Part shown: positions 10,182 through 10,692 of the stretch, piece by piece | Numbering within the stretch: the stretch's first letter is position 1 | How the letters are laid out: every line of letters begins with the position of its first letter | Origin: Amoeboaphelidium protococcarum X5 | Lineage: Eukaryota > Fungi > Aphelidiomycota | Length of the DNA: 10,692 nucleotides | Assembly: GCA_023515725.1 (NCBI GenBank) | Contig: JALDTO010000185.1 | Span: 1-10,692 of the forward strand | Direction of reading: 5' to 3' | Notes under the pieces: model-generated | Told to the model about the DNA's origin: nothing | The model's database searches: none | What the model saw: the letters and a program-made list of their open reading frames with translations, nothing else | Translations under genes and position numbers: made by a program

Positions 10182-10431
10182 TTAAAAATTAATTAGTAAA
10201 CAACTTTCGATAAAATACTTGGCAAATTTAGAACAACCAAAATAGAAGAGATAATAGCAAAACTAGTGAAAAAACGGCGACCATAAAGGTAAATTCAATC
10301 GCAAAGTTAAAACGTGTAAGTTATTATAATATCCACCAAGTATCTAAAAAATCAGCACTAATAACAAAAAAGTGAAAAGTAAAGAAACTGATATTATTAT
10401 GTTCTCACTATACCTCTTACTTTTCACACAC

Positions 10432-10692
10432 TCAGTTGTAATGCATATCTTGATTCATTTAAATACCGTCGCCGCCGTCCATGTCTTCCTCATACTCACC
10501 ACCTTCCATATCCTCCTCCTCTGCAGTAGCATCCTGATACTGTTGATACTCAGACACCAAATCATTCATGTTGGACTCTGCCTCGGTAAACTCCATCTCG
10601 TCCATACCCTCACCAGTGTACCAATGCAAGAACGCCTTACGCTTGAACATGACTGAGAACTGGTCAGAGATACGCTTGAACAGCTCCTGGAT
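10432..10692 (-). CDS. TUBB: Beta-tubulin, C-terminal 86 codons (gene starts beyond the window end)
   Basis: [60 protein letters not shown]... Under TAR=Gln the tail continues [12 protein letters not shown] to TGA 10434-10432. Confidence 0.97.

Noticed and set aside
653-10656. All plus-strand ORFs in the supplied track, and out-of-frame minus ORFs (2551-2784, 4788-4976, 5004-5192, 5593-5775, 8201-8461)
   Set aside because: They are antisense or alternate-frame shadows of identified genes (or, for 3096-3305, AT-rich intergenic sequence) with no recognisable motifs.

Overview
Compact eukaryotic, fungus-like nuclear DNA read with a non-standard genetic code: TAA and TAG encode Gln and only TGA terminates. 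This is why the supplied standard-code ORF track is fragmented. Re-translated by hand under that code, the window holds eight protein genes, all on the minus strand, separated by only about 115-410 bp. In transcription order they are: the 3' end of beta-tubulin; the splicing factor Prp6 (apparently C-terminally shortened); a 3-exon 85-aa probable mitochondrial inner-membrane protein (COX7C/Cox8-like, uncertain); an ankyrin-plus-methyltransferase Rmt2; a TMX-type ER thioredoxin; a fungal-type dCMP deaminase; an unrecognised 439-aa secreted Gly/Ser/Ala/Pro-rich protein; and the 5' part of a DHTKD1-like 2-oxoacid dehydrogenase E1. Three spliceosomal introns are visible. TAR=Gln combined with fungal-type domain architectures points by inference to an aphelid such as Amoeboaphelidium protococcarum. 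All coordinates and family calls come from manual translation and motif recall, not from database searches.
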